Part shown: piece by piece, positions 53,401 through 62,196 of the stretch | Layout of the letters: each line of letters begins with the position of its first letter | How positions within the stretch are numbered: the stretch's first letter is position 1 | Notes under the pieces: model-generated | What the model was told of the DNA's origin: nothing | Database searches by the model: none | Seen by the model: only the letters and a program-made list of their open reading frames with translations | Assembly: GCA_047459655.1 (NCBI GenBank) | Contig: JAJREF010000001.1 | Span: 264,219 to 328,218, forward strand | Reading direction: 5' to 3' | DNA: 64,000 nucleotides | From: Rhabdochlamydiaceae bacterium | GTDB lineage: Bacteria > Chlamydiota > Chlamydiia > Chlamydiales > Rhabdochlamydiaceae | Program-made: the position numbers and the translations under genes

Positions 53401-53490
53401 GGGCTTCTCTTTTCCCAGCTTCTCACCCTCTTTTTTACACCGATTGTCTATCTCTATTTAGAAAAAATCCGTGAAAAGATCTCTACCTAA
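50432..53490 (+). CDS. RND multidrug efflux transporter (AcrB/MexB family); frame broken once
   Basis: FIERPIMTTLVM starts the protein. Also GFLVDDAIVVLENI, and the C-terminal half 51889..53490 with MKNGILLIDFA. The frame change is at the G6 run 51796-51801. Confidence 0.9.
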
Positions 53491-53521
53491 GGATTTGTAA
53501 AGCTATTTTCGACAAAAGAAG

Positions 53522-53549
53522 GGCACCTCTGCTAAAAAGCAGAGATGCC
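53522..53549. terminator. hairpin between the convergent RND and porin genes, a likely intrinsic terminator at least for the porin transcript
   Basis: GGCACCTCTGC-TAAAAA-GCAGAGATGCC pairs at 10 of 11 positions. On the minus strand it is followed by CTTCTTTTG. Confidence 0.45.
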
Positions 53550-53564
53550 TGAAAGGAAGGAATC

Positions 53565-54671
53565 TTAGAAATCAAAAGCAGCTGACACAGTAAGACCTTG
53601 GAAGTAAAGGTTACCTGGCGAGGTGCCATTAAGACCACTTAAACTAGCTGAATACCAGTTGATCATGTTTTGATTCCCATACACCTGAAACTCATACGTT
53701 GCAGAAACATCAAGATGATATCTTTGGTTGCATAGATAAGTTCCCCAACCGAGTCCTGCCTGAGCATCCCCAATAGCGCGAACACGATTTTGAGCTGGAG
53801 CTTCTAGGTTTAAATCAGGACTTGAAGCTACTTGTGTTTGTGCAAAATATTTGATTGCATTGTAGCGTGTAAATGTCAATGCACCGCCAACGCTGCCGAT
53901 CATACGAAACCCAGCCCCTAAGAGGAAATTTCCCCCGATTTCAAAAGCAGGACCAACAGCCCAAGAATCTGTTTTTCCATATGCCGTTCTAGGATTCAAA
54001 GCTGATCCATATACATTCCCATTAATTGTATATTTTTGGTTCAACAAAACACCTCTTAATCCAAAAGAAGGATTAACTGTTAGTCTTGTTCCTTGGTAGA
54101 AAGGTCTACTTACCATAAGATCGATAACATCCAAGTCTATCTTCCACTTATTAGAACTTGCTGTGACGACATCTCCATTTGTATAATCAAAGGGCGTTAT
54201 TTTTGCCTGGAGAAAATTGGAAACTAAAAAAGAACCATCTGGCTGATTTTTGGTAACATTGTGCCGAAACCATGTGTACTCGGCAGTCACAACCCAATCA
54301 TCAAATGGTGTATTCCAACCAAGACCTACTTTAAACCCAGATCTGTATGTATCATCGAAAGTTAATACACTTGTTGGCTCTCTGTTAGAGGTAGCAGTAT
54401 TAGCAGCAAATAAAGGACCTATTTCCATTCCTTCTTGGAAAACATTCCAATATAAATATTTAGCTGTTAAAAACATATCCCAGTCACTAGTTGTATTCAC
54501 TCTTGCAGGATGGTTATATCCAGCTGCCATCTGAGAACCAGTCATCGGCTCGCCCTGGTTAACAGGCATTGCTTGCGTTTTTTTAGTAGGCTGCGATCTT
54601 TCATCTCCAAAAAGAGATGCTGAAAAAAGCACTAGCGCAGAACACGCTATCATACTGATATTTCTTTTCAT
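53565..54671 (-). CDS. MOMP-like or Legionella-MOMP-family porin candidate
   Basis: ATG at 54671 gives the signal peptide MKRNISMIACSALVLFSASLFG. The protein is beta-strand-rich, Cys-poor, and ends in SAAFDF. Confidence 0.55.
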   Translation of the reverse strand: MKRNISMIACSALVLFSASLFGDERSQPTKKTQAMPVNQGEPMTGSQMAAGYNHPARVNTTSDWDMFLTAKYLYWNVFQEGMEIGPLFAANTATSNREPTSVLTFDDTYRSGFKVGLGWNTPFDDWVVTAEYTWFRHNVTKNQPDGSFLVSNFLQAKITPFDYTNGDVVTASSNKWKIDLDVIDLMVSRPFYQGTRLTVNPSFGLRGVLLNQKYTINGNVYGSALNPRTAYGKTDSWAVGPAFEIGGNFLLGAGFRMIGSVGGALTFTRYNAIKYFAQTQVASSPDLNLEAPAQNRVRAIGDAQAGLGWGTYLCNQRYHLDVSATYEFQVYGNQNMINWYSASLSGLNGTSPGNLYFQGLTVSAAFDF

Positions 54672-54804
54672 TTTTTTCCTTATATTGGGTTTAAGCTTAC
54701 ACCAAATCTCGTCAACAATACCCTCTCCAAGAAAGATCATTACAGACATTTGTTGTAAATTAGTTCAAACCTAAAAGAATTTAAAAAAAAACTCAAGAAA
54801 AAGT

Positions 54805-55671
54805 TTATTGACGTGGATGAAATTGGGAAAAAGCCTCGTGCAAATGTTTGTGACTGATATGTGTGTAACGATCTGTTGTGCCAATGCTTGCATGTCCAAG
54901 CATTTCCTGAATCACACGCAAGTCCGCACCATTTTCTAATAGATGTGTAGCAAAGGAATGACGCAATGTGTGGGGTGAGATGTTTTTTAAAATGCCTGCT
55001 TTTTTTGCATAAAATTTAATCCGCCCCCAAATGGTGATACGATCAATCCTGTTTCCTTTAACCGATAAAAAAAGGGCTTCTTGTTTCTCTGAATTCTTCC
55101 GAAAATTTGTCAAATAAAAATCGATTGCTAAAACCGCTTGTTTAGCAATAGGAACAACGCGTTCTTTATTTCCTTTTCCTTTCACCCTGACATAATCATC
55201 CGCAACATCAAAAAGGTTGAGTGAGCAGACTTCTGAGACCCGTAGCCCCGAAGCATATAACACCTCTAATATAGCTTTGTCTCTTGCTCCAACAAGCGCA
55301 TCGGCCTTAGGCACACTCAAAAGGGTAGAGACTTCTTGCATGGTAAGAACCTCAGGAATGAGTTGCCACAATTTAGGACTGTCTAGATGGAGAGTAGGGT
55401 CTTTAGAAATAATATTTTCTCGTTTCAGATAACGAAAAAAAACCTTCAGCGAAACAACGAGTCGACACAGCGAAGCTGCTGCATACTGCTTATCCTTCAT
55501 CTCTCTAAGAAACGTTAAAATATGATCTGTATTAATAGATGAGACAAGAAGAGAATCTATAAACTGGAATAAAAATCGCAGGTCTCTTGCGTAAGACTCA
55601 AGCGTATTACGACTCAGTCCTTTTTCCGCCCCTAGATATGATAAAAAATCTGCGAGGTATTGCTCATTCAT
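54805..55671 (-). CDS. xerD: tyrosine recombinase XerD (or XerC)
   Basis: GLSRNTLESYARDL at the N-terminus, then ASGLRVSEVCSL, HTLRHSFATHLLENGADLRVIQEMLGH and the catalytic RYTH. Confidence 0.85.
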   Translation of the reverse strand: MNEQYLADFLSYLGAEKGLSRNTLESYARDLRFLFQFIDSLLVSSINTDHILTFLREMKDKQYAAASLCRLVVSLKVFFRYLKRENIISKDPTLHLDSPKLWQLIPEVLTMQEVSTLLSVPKADALVGARDKAILEVLYASGLRVSEVCSLNLFDVADDYVRVKGKGNKERVVPIAKQAVLAIDFYLTNFRKNSEKQEALFLSVKGNRIDRITIWGRIKFYAKKAGILKNISPHTLRHSFATHLLENGADLRVIQEMLGHASIGTTDRYTHISHKHLHEAFSQFHPRQ

Positions 55672-55805
55672 TAGATCAGATCATAGTTTAGAGCAGACTT
55701 CTTGTATAGAATGTTACCGAGCTTAAAAATCCAGTATTTGATTGATGAGATTTTGAACTCATCTTAGAGATCGTCCAATTATTGCACGATTCCTAGGGCG
55801 AAGTG

Positions 55806-57806
55806 CTAGTTACCCTCTCTACCATAAATATCTTCTTCATCCTCTTTATATGTTTGAAAGTAAAAGGATGTTAGGACATTCCCTTCTTGAGGCTGTTTTT
55901 GTCCTACTACTTTATCAGCATCCTTAGCCATACGATCATATTGAAAGAACTCTTCGGAGGGTACGCGTTCATAATCTTCTACCATTGGATCTTCTTCCAT
56001 GTTTAACTCATTATACGATATTTTTGCATAATCCGGATAATCCGATGAAGAAACAACCACGCTTTTAATAAAGCCTTCTTTAACCAGCCTATTGTAACTT
56101 TTCATAAAGCTAGCCCGTGCATCTTCTTTTATTTCATCATTCCATTCTTTGATTTTTTCTAATAAAATACTTATTGAACCTTCTTCTGAAACACCTCTAA
56201 AAATATGATCTTCATCTGGAGTAACAAATTTTTCAACGAACTGTTTATGTAGATGCTTGCGCACCTCTGGTTTATTGAATGCCTCTTTAAATAAATCATA
56301 TCCATATTTATCAAGTAACGATTTTATGAAAGGAGAAGAATCGCTACGCTTCAGCAAGTTTTCTTCACTTAATAATTGCTGTTCTAATCTACTTATTTTT
56401 ACCCTACTATTCCAAATTTGAGAGATAGCAAAGATGTGAAAGCCTAAAGAAGGAAGCTGAGCAGAGGTAATAGCTGCTGTTGTAGATGAAGGTAGACCGC
56501 CATAGGATCCCATCCAGCCAATAGAACAAATAGAAAAGAGCACTAAAATAACGTTTAGATGGATAAGCGCTTTGTCTAACCTTGTACAATTCTCCAACTC
56601 TTTAGAATCCATGAAGGGCAATTTAGATATCCCACCTTTAGCAATAGTGTTGATCAACATACCTAAATTAAAGATCGTAAGAGCAACAAGGCCGTGTGGA
56701 GTGAATATAATAGATCCTAGAACAAGCGCTTTTAGTACAAAGCATACATACTGAAAACTAGGAGATCCTTCAGATATATGCATAAGTAGCGGGAAAGCAA
56801 GAGTCGTTGAGACGGACAAAGCAATCAAGCTCATAACAGCCGTACCCAAGATAAAATTCAGTGTGTCTAAAACAAGCCTTTGGCGACAGATGCTCATGAC
56901 TTGCTTATATAAGGCATCAGTTGGACTTTGTGTATTTCTCATCTTGTTAACAAGAGTAGCGCCCTCTTTCCCGAAAACACGCTCAATCTCCCGATGAAGG
57001 GATTGCCGCTCTAACATCACTCTAACATAAAGTCCAAACGCTTCCACAAGATCTTCAGTTTTACCTTTACATTCGGCCCAAATCTCTGCATTTTTAATGA
57101 GCTCTGTGTTTCCCTCTGTAAGAAGCTTGTTTATCTCATCATCAAGTTTTTCGTCTAAGTTGTCGCTAGATAATTTTCCTTTTATACTGTATTCCTTTTC
57201 TGCTCTTTTAAGAAAATCTCTGATCTTATCTTTAAAATAATCATAGGCTAACTTTTTTAGCTCGGCTTTATCACTATATTTTTTTGAGACTGCTTCTACA
57301 GTAGAAAATTGCATCTTTTTATGAAGTGCGTCCTTACTAAGAAGCGCCCATTTAGCATTTTCGTAAATCTTATACCCTGTAACGGTCATAAAAAGAACAA
57401 CAACAACGTTTTGCAATTGATAAGCAAGAGATTTGAATCCATAAGAAACCCTTCCTACAAGGGAAGGAGAGTTTGCTTCTACAGAAGCCCCCGTTATGAG
57501 CGCAGCTAAATTAAGAGGTTCTGCGCCTGCGCAAGCTAGAGATCTAATGCCACTTAAAACAGAGGACGCAACTCTGACAGTTTTCATGGTTGACCCGTCT
57601 TGCGTAGGATTGAGAGCTGCGGAAAACGAATGAACTGCTGACGTTGCGTAGGCAGCGCTCATCAATCCAGGACCTCCTGTTGCAACTTGAGCTATTCTTT
57701 CTATAGGAGTGAATGCGTGTGCATTTAACTTTGGAACTACATTATCTTGGTGTAAAGAGTCGGATCCTACGAGTGGGGCCAGTGTGGAGGATCTTGAAAA
57801 TTCCAT
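55806..57806 (-). CDS. hypothetical large membrane protein (effector/Inc-like candidate)
   Basis: 666 codons behind an AT-rich leader. It has a polar N-terminus, a charged helical middle, a cluster of about 6 TM segments at aa ~310-480, and an acidic C-terminal tail. Confidence 0.5.
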   Translation of the reverse strand: MEFSRSSTLAPLVGSDSLHQDNVVPKLNAHAFTPIERIAQVATGGPGLMSAAYATSAVHSFSAALNPTQDGSTMKTVRVASSVLSGIRSLACAGAEPLNLAALITGASVEANSPSLVGRVSYGFKSLAYQLQNVVVVLFMTVTGYKIYENAKWALLSKDALHKKMQFSTVEAVSKKYSDKAELKKLAYDYFKDKIRDFLKRAEKEYSIKGKLSSDNLDEKLDDEINKLLTEGNTELIKNAEIWAECKGKTEDLVEAFGLYVRVMLERQSLHREIERVFGKEGATLVNKMRNTQSPTDALYKQVMSICRQRLVLDTLNFILGTAVMSLIALSVSTTLAFPLLMHISEGSPSFQYVCFVLKALVLGSIIFTPHGLVALTIFNLGMLINTIAKGGISKLPFMDSKELENCTRLDKALIHLNVILVLFSICSIGWMGSYGGLPSSTTAAITSAQLPSLGFHIFAISQIWNSRVKISRLEQQLLSEENLLKRSDSSPFIKSLLDKYGYDLFKEAFNKPEVRKHLHKQFVEKFVTPDEDHIFRGVSEEGSISILLEKIKEWNDEIKEDARASFMKSYNRLVKEGFIKSVVVSSSDYPDYAKISYNELNMEEDPMVEDYERVPSEEFFQYDRMAKDADKVVGQKQPQEGNVLTSFYFQTYKEDEEDIYGREGN

Positions 57807-57900
57807 AATTTTTTATTCGCTTTTTTGATTTATATAACTATATTTTACTACAATTGAATTAAAATATAAACTATATGCGAATAAAAAATTACAATAACTG

Positions 57901-58545
57901 CTATTTTTCGCTATGACTCAGTAAATCAGAAAGTTGGATCAAAACATCCCTTAAAACCTCTAAAGGCCGCTGATCAGCGTCAAAACGAGAGATAATCGCG
58001 TCGGGATAATCTTTAAGAAGCGCAACCGTCTCATTTTTATAGACTTCCATTCTTGTTTTAAGCACTTTTTCATCGAGATCATCCATCCGTCTTTCAATCA
58101 GAGCCCTTCTTTTCATACGGCGTATAAGACCTTCTACATCAGACATTTCTAACACAATGATCTTCAAAACGTTAAGATGCTTTTTTAACAAATGCGCCTG
58201 CCCAACGGTTCTAGGAACTCCATCCAAAAGCAAGATCTGTTGGTCGGGACTATAGCGATTAGTTGCAATAAGACCCTCTACATAATTATGCCAAATCTCA
58301 ACGGTTGCTTCATCAGGTAAAAGATGCCCTTTGCTCGCATAACTATAATAGAGTTTTCCCGCAGGAGATTCAGGAGAAAGGCCTCTGAAAATATCTCCCG
58401 AAGATAGGTGAAAGTGGTTTCCCGCAGAACTTAAAAATTTACCCAACGTCCCCTTTCCTGAGCCTGGGGGCCCAAAAATAAGAACAGAGCGTAAAGGATG
58501 GTCAAATTTCTCCAGAAGCGGTTGATTTCGAGTAGTTTTAGGCAT
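57901..58545 (-). CDS. adenylate-kinase-family nucleoside monophosphate kinase with a ~30-aa N-terminal extension
   Basis: ATG at 58545. P-loop IFGPPGSGKGTLGK, SSGDIFRG, and LLDGVPRTVGQA. Confidence 0.7.
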   Translation of the reverse strand: MPKTTRNQPLLEKFDHPLRSVLIFGPPGSGKGTLGKFLSSAGNHFHLSSGDIFRGLSPESPAGKLYYSYASKGHLLPDEATVEIWHNYVEGLIATNRYSPDQQILLLDGVPRTVGQAHLLKKHLNVLKIIVLEMSDVEGLIRRMKRRALIERRMDDLDEKVLKTRMEVYKNETVALLKDYPDAIISRFDADQRPLEVLRDVLIQLSDLLSHSEK

Positions 58546-58685
58546 AAAGTCTCTCTTGCTAAAAAGCCATTCTAGGCCATAACAACTTATCTTGCAACGC
58601 CTTCCATAAATCAAAAAATATTTAACAAATAATCAATAATTTATGTTAAAATTAAAATATAAATTACTAATGGAGCTTGAATAAT

Positions 58686-58859
58686 ATGGATAATAAAGAC
58701 CTCTATAGAAAAATAGCTGCTCTTGAAAGCCAGTTAGACATGGCTGAATCAGAACTCTCTTACGTGAATGGACTCTTAGTTAAGTGTGGATTTGAAGAGG
58801 GAACAGAGGGTCTTAAATCGACACTTCATGAGATCTTAGACGAAACCTCTAGCCTCTAA
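58686..58859 (+). CDS. small hypothetical coiled-coil protein (57 aa)
   Basis: ATG at 58686 lies 10 nt after TGGAG. The track ORF starts at a TTG at 58677. The protein is a short amphipathic helix with no known domain. Confidence 0.3.
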   Translation: MDNKDLYRKIAALESQLDMAESELSYVNGLLVKCGFEEGTEGLKSTLHEILDETSSL

Positions 58860-58863
58860 ATAC

Positions 58864-58892
58864 TTGACGAAATCAAAATCAACAACTAAGAT
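58864..58892 (+). promoter_or_regulatory. sigma-70-like promoter candidate for tRNA-Leu
   Basis: TTGACG (58864-58869), a 17-nt spacer, then TAAGAT (58887-58892). The tRNA starts 20 nt downstream of the -10 element. Confidence 0.35.
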
Positions 58893-58911
58893 GATCCATC
58901 ATGCTTTTTTT

Positions 58912-58995
58912 GCCCAGATGGTGGAATTGGTAGACACAACAGATTTAGGTTCTGTTATCCGCAAGGGTATGTAGGTTCGAGTCCTATTCTGGGCA
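58912..58995 (+). tRNA. tRNA-Leu (anticodon UAG), class II with a long variable arm
   Basis: Acceptor GCCCAGA/TCTGGGC, anticodon stem ACAGA/TCTGT with loop TTTAGGT, T arm GTAGG-TTCGAGT-CCTAT (second pair is a T-T mismatch). 84 nt. Confidence 0.9.
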
Positions 58996-59056
58996 TATTC
59001 TTATGAGGTAGTTGCAAAAATCAGGTTCAAAAGAACCTAAGTCTTTCAGCCGTATC

Positions 59057-60120
59057 TTATTTTTTTCCGGTTCCTAAATAACTCTTAAAAAACTGGACGG
59101 CTTCTACGCCGACTTCATGGTGAACCTGTCTTCTGTCTACAAGCGGAGGATCAAAGGCTATCTTTTTATCCAGCAACATTTTGCCCCCTTTTGTTACTTC
59201 ATTCAGAAAGATGTAGTGGTTAGCAGCTCCTGGAATGAGGTTAAAGATCGCTTTTGCGATCTTGGTTGCAAAAAACTTGGCGTTGGTTTCAAAAGGCACA
59301 ATGTGATCGCTCTCAGGAGCAACGATGTAGACAGGCACTTGAATAGCCTCTAGGCTCGCAACATCAAAAAGATCCCCTAAAGCAGGCGCCATTAAAAAGA
59401 AAGCAGACACCCTAGGGTCTCTATAAGACTCTTTCGAAGGAGAAAAGTCGATAGAGTCGATCACCTCTTGCGTAACGATGTTGGGGATTTGGTCTGCAGG
59501 GATTTCACTCAATACAGGTTTGTCAAATCGATCTAATTTTCCACCTGCCATCCACACACCTGTCTGACCACCTAGAGAATAGCCAACAAATCCAATTTTT
59601 TCAGGATTGATATGAGATCCAAAGCGAGGATCTTTGAGAATTTGGTCTATCACAAAGCTCACATCTTTAGGTCTCTCCCAAATCTTTACAAAACACTCAG
59701 CAATTTTATTGTTCCAAGTGTTACCATGATGATCCATAGCAGCCACAATAAAACCGTTGGCAGCCAAAATCTCTGCAATCCACGAGCAGTTCATCCGGTC
59801 AGAGCCATTACCATGAGACATCATAATGAGAGGATATTTACGAGAGTTCTGCTTTAAAGGGGCATCCCGCGCTTCAGGGCAGCGAAGCCACACGCCCGTG
59901 ACAGGCTGAGCTACAGTGCTCTCCTCTACAGGATACCAAACTTCTGTAATCAGAGGACGGTCTCTAACTTGATCAAAATAACAAACAGTGGTTATGCCTG
60001 TTTTTTGAGGGTTAACATTAACCGTTTTTGAATTTCCTCCCCAGCCACAACCAGAAAAAATAAACAGGCTACCAACAATAAAACAATTTTCTTTCGTTTA
60101 CTTACAAATCTCATTAACAT
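59057..60120 (-). CDS. alpha/beta hydrolase (PAF-acetylhydrolase / dienelactone-hydrolase-like), secreted; frame broken near the 5' end
   Basis: ORF 59057..59893 has PLIMMSHGNGSDR and the nucleophile elbow VGYSLGGQTG. The ATG at 60120 gives the signal-like MLMRFVSKRKKIVLLLVA in another frame. Confidence 0.7.
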
Positions 60121-60143
60121 AATCTATCCATTACAGGTTCTCT

Positions 60144-60273
60144 GAACCTATTCCCGATAATAAGGTTTCTCTCGATTTTTGGACTCTTTTGCTAGGGTAA
60201 TATCCACCGCTTATATAACCCCTCGCAAAAGAGTCCAAAAATCGAGAGAAACCTTATTATCGGGAATAGGTTC
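60144..60273. repeat. 130-bp palindromic element with perfect 49-bp inverted arms and a 32-bp spacer
   Basis: The left arm 60144-60192 (GAACCTATTCCCGATAATAAGGTTTCTCTCGATTTTTGGACTCTTTTGC) is the exact reverse complement of 60225-60273. Confidence 0.85.
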
Positions 60274-60389
60274 CTATAATGCACATAATGCGAACAAGGG
60301 TAAAAACTTTCAAGTCCTTTGTTGCTTTTTGCTTGATACGATTCATCTCTATCCTTATATGTAGATTTTTAGGAGCTTTGTATATACAG

Positions 60390-61592
60390 ATGAGATTTTT
60401 TCTACTCTTTTTTCTGATTTTTATGAGCTCTCTCTTCTGCGCTGCACAGGAAAACACCTCTATTCAGAAGAAAAAAATCTTAATTCTGTCCAGTAATGGA
60501 GGCTACGGCCACAGAGCAGCTGAGAAAACCCTAGAAGTTATTTTAGGGAAAAATTATGAATTTAAGGTCATCTGTCCCATAGAAGAAATCAAGATGTGGG
60601 GAGTCAGTGGAAGTGAAGAAGTCTATAACTATTTACTCAAAGAAGGCTGGATCCATTCGACTAACATCATCAGCAAGCATGTTGCTCCGAAATTATTTAG
60701 AAACAGGCGCAGGGCTATTGAACGACTCATCGACAGACACATTGAGTGTGCAAAACCAGATATTATTATTTCTTTGATTCCGTTCATTAATTATCCCGCC
60801 ACAGAAGCAGCTAGAAAAAGAGAGGTACCTTATCTTCTCATTACAACCGATAATGACCTTCGTAATTGGGTGCATGGTCTTCACTGCGTCACTCATCCCA
60901 ACTTTAAAATAACGGTAGGTGCTAATCTTCCCTCTACATGTGGCCTTCTAAAACAACGCCATATTCCAGAAAAAGACATCAATATCATCGGACTACCTAT
61001 TAGAACCTCTTTTAAGGCCTCTAAAAATATTGAACAGCTTTATCAAGAGTATGCGATTCCTAAGGAAAAACCCACCATCTTAATCATGATGGGAGGAGCA
61101 GGTGGAAAAAAATGTTTAGAGTATACACACGCTATTGGAATTTTGCCTATAGGAGTGCATTTGATTGTCTGCACAGGAAAAAATGAGCAGCTAAAAGAAA
61201 AGCTTGGCAAGATAAAACTACATCCCGCAAATTCAATAACCATCATGGGTTTTACAGACAAGATAGCAGATCTCATGACTCTTTCTGACCTAATGATTAC
61301 AAAACCAGGTCCTGGCGTTATCAACGAAGCAATTGCAACTCATCTACCGGTCCTAATCGATAAAACTGTCTCTCCCATAAGTTGGGAAAAAGCAAATATC
61401 AACCTAGTTATGCAATACGGAATTGGAGATGCAGTCAGAGACATGAAAGACCTGCCGCAACTTCTAAATAAGTACCTCTTTAACGCTCCATTTCAACAAA
61501 AACTGGAAGAAGCATTTAATCAACTACCCTCTAACGAGTTCAATGAAAAGGTCAAAGATGTAGTCGACTCTATGTGCGCTCACAACCCTTGA
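60390..61592 (+). CDS. MGDG-synthase-like (UgtP/processive diacylglycerol glycosyltransferase family) glycosyltransferase
   Basis: ATG at 60390 gives an N-terminal TM. ILILSSNGGYGHRAAEKTL and ITKPGPGVINEAIATHLPVLI are the family N- and C-terminal signatures. Confidence 0.8.
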   Translation: MRFFLLFFLIFMSSLFCAAQENTSIQKKKILILSSNGGYGHRAAEKTLEVILGKNYEFKVICPIEEIKMWGVSGSEEVYNYLLKEGWIHSTNIISKHVAPKLFRNRRRAIERLIDRHIECAKPDIIISLIPFINYPATEAARKREVPYLLITTDNDLRNWVHGLHCVTHPNFKITVGANLPSTCGLLKQRHIPEKDINIIGLPIRTSFKASKNIEQLYQEYAIPKEKPTILIMMGGAGGKKCLEYTHAIGILPIGVHLIVCTGKNEQLKEKLGKIKLHPANSITIMGFTDKIADLMTLSDLMITKPGPGVINEAIATHLPVLIDKTVSPISWEKANINLVMQYGIGDAVRDMKDLPQLLNKYLFNAPFQQKLEEAFNQLPSNEFNEKVKDVVDSMCAHNP

Positions 61593-61594
61593 GA

Positions 61595-61646
61595 TATTTG
61601 CAAAAATTGGCAACAAGATTCGGCAAGTGACTTGTCCAGAGGTTCC
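61595..61646 (+). repeat. 52-bp right-end fragment of the 162-bp MITE family
   Basis: TATTTGCAAAAATTGGCAACAAGATTCGGCAAGTGACTTGTCCAGAGGTTCC matches the last third of the full copies. It starts 3 nt after the glycosyltransferase stop codon. Confidence 0.75.
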
Positions 61647-61650
61647 TCAA

Positions 61651-61812
61651 GGAGCCTCTGGATAAGTGCTTTGTCGGAGATTGCTGATCAATTTTTCGAA
61701 GACGACGATTTTGGAAAACGCAGCTAACATGCAGAATGTTAGCGAGTTTGAAAAATCTAGTATTCGCAAAAATTGGCAGCAAGATTCGGCAAATGACTTG
61801 TCCAGAGGTTCC
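61651..61812 (+). mobile_element. 162-bp MITE-like palindromic element, copy D
   Basis: GGAGCCTCTGGATAAGTGC...GACTTGTCCAGAGGTTCC, flanked by TCAA at 61647-61650 and 61813-61816. Confidence 0.85.
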
Positions 61813-61983
61813 TCAAGGAGCATTTAACGCATCAGCCTCTTCATAGTCCACATCTTCATTCTCATCTCCACCATCTTGCTGCCACTGTTGCGTATTTTTA
61901 TCCTTCTCTACGCGAGATTCCTTCTCTTTGGGGCTAGAACACGACGCAAAAATAAATACCAACAAACCTAAGCATGTATGCAT
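61813..61983 (-). CDS. possible small acidic lipoprotein (56 aa, below the ORF-track cutoff)
   Basis: Read by eye: MHTCLGLLVFIFASCSSPKEKESRVEKDKNTQQWQQDGGDENEDVDYEEADALNAP. It has a signal peptide with a lipobox-like FASC. Its TGA is the TCAA target repeat of MITE copy D. Confidence 0.3.
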   Translation of the reverse strand: MHTCLGLLVFIFASCSSPKEKESRVEKDKNTQQWQQDGGDENEDVDYEEADALNAP

Positions 61984-62079
61984 GATCTTATACCATTATA
62001 GGCAAGAGGCCTAAATTTTTTTTCAGTTTACTCTTGCACCTCATTCATTAACACATCTGAAAACAGGACGTCAATGTTA

Positions 62080-62140
62080 TTTTCTAGCGATTTCAAAAAA
62101 TTGATCAGCAATTTCCGATAAAGCACTTGTCCAGAGGCTC
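62080..62140 (-). repeat. ~60-bp end fragment of the 162-bp MITE family (inverted)
   Basis: ...AAAAAATTGATCAGCAATTTCCGATAAAGCACTTGTCCAGAGGCTCC matches the left third of the family in reverse orientation. It ends 56 nt upstream of the peptidase ATG. Confidence 0.7.
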
Positions 62141-62196
62141 CTTCAAATTCTTCATGTCTATTTGATTTTTTAACGCTAAAAAACTATGCTTATGAT

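Noticed and set aside
59023-59038. The AGGTTC-AAAA-GAACCT hairpin between tRNA-Leu and the hydrolase gene, considered as a possible bidirectional terminator.
   Set aside because: The stem is only 6 bp. It is plausible on the minus strand, where it is followed by GATTTTT, but too weak to list as a feature.
25779-62140. Whether the recurring ~160-bp repeats could be a CRISPR array or another regularly spaced repeat system.
   Set aside because: The copies are kilobases apart, occur in both orientations, are each palindromic with target-site duplications, and have no uniform spacers. No cas genes are present.
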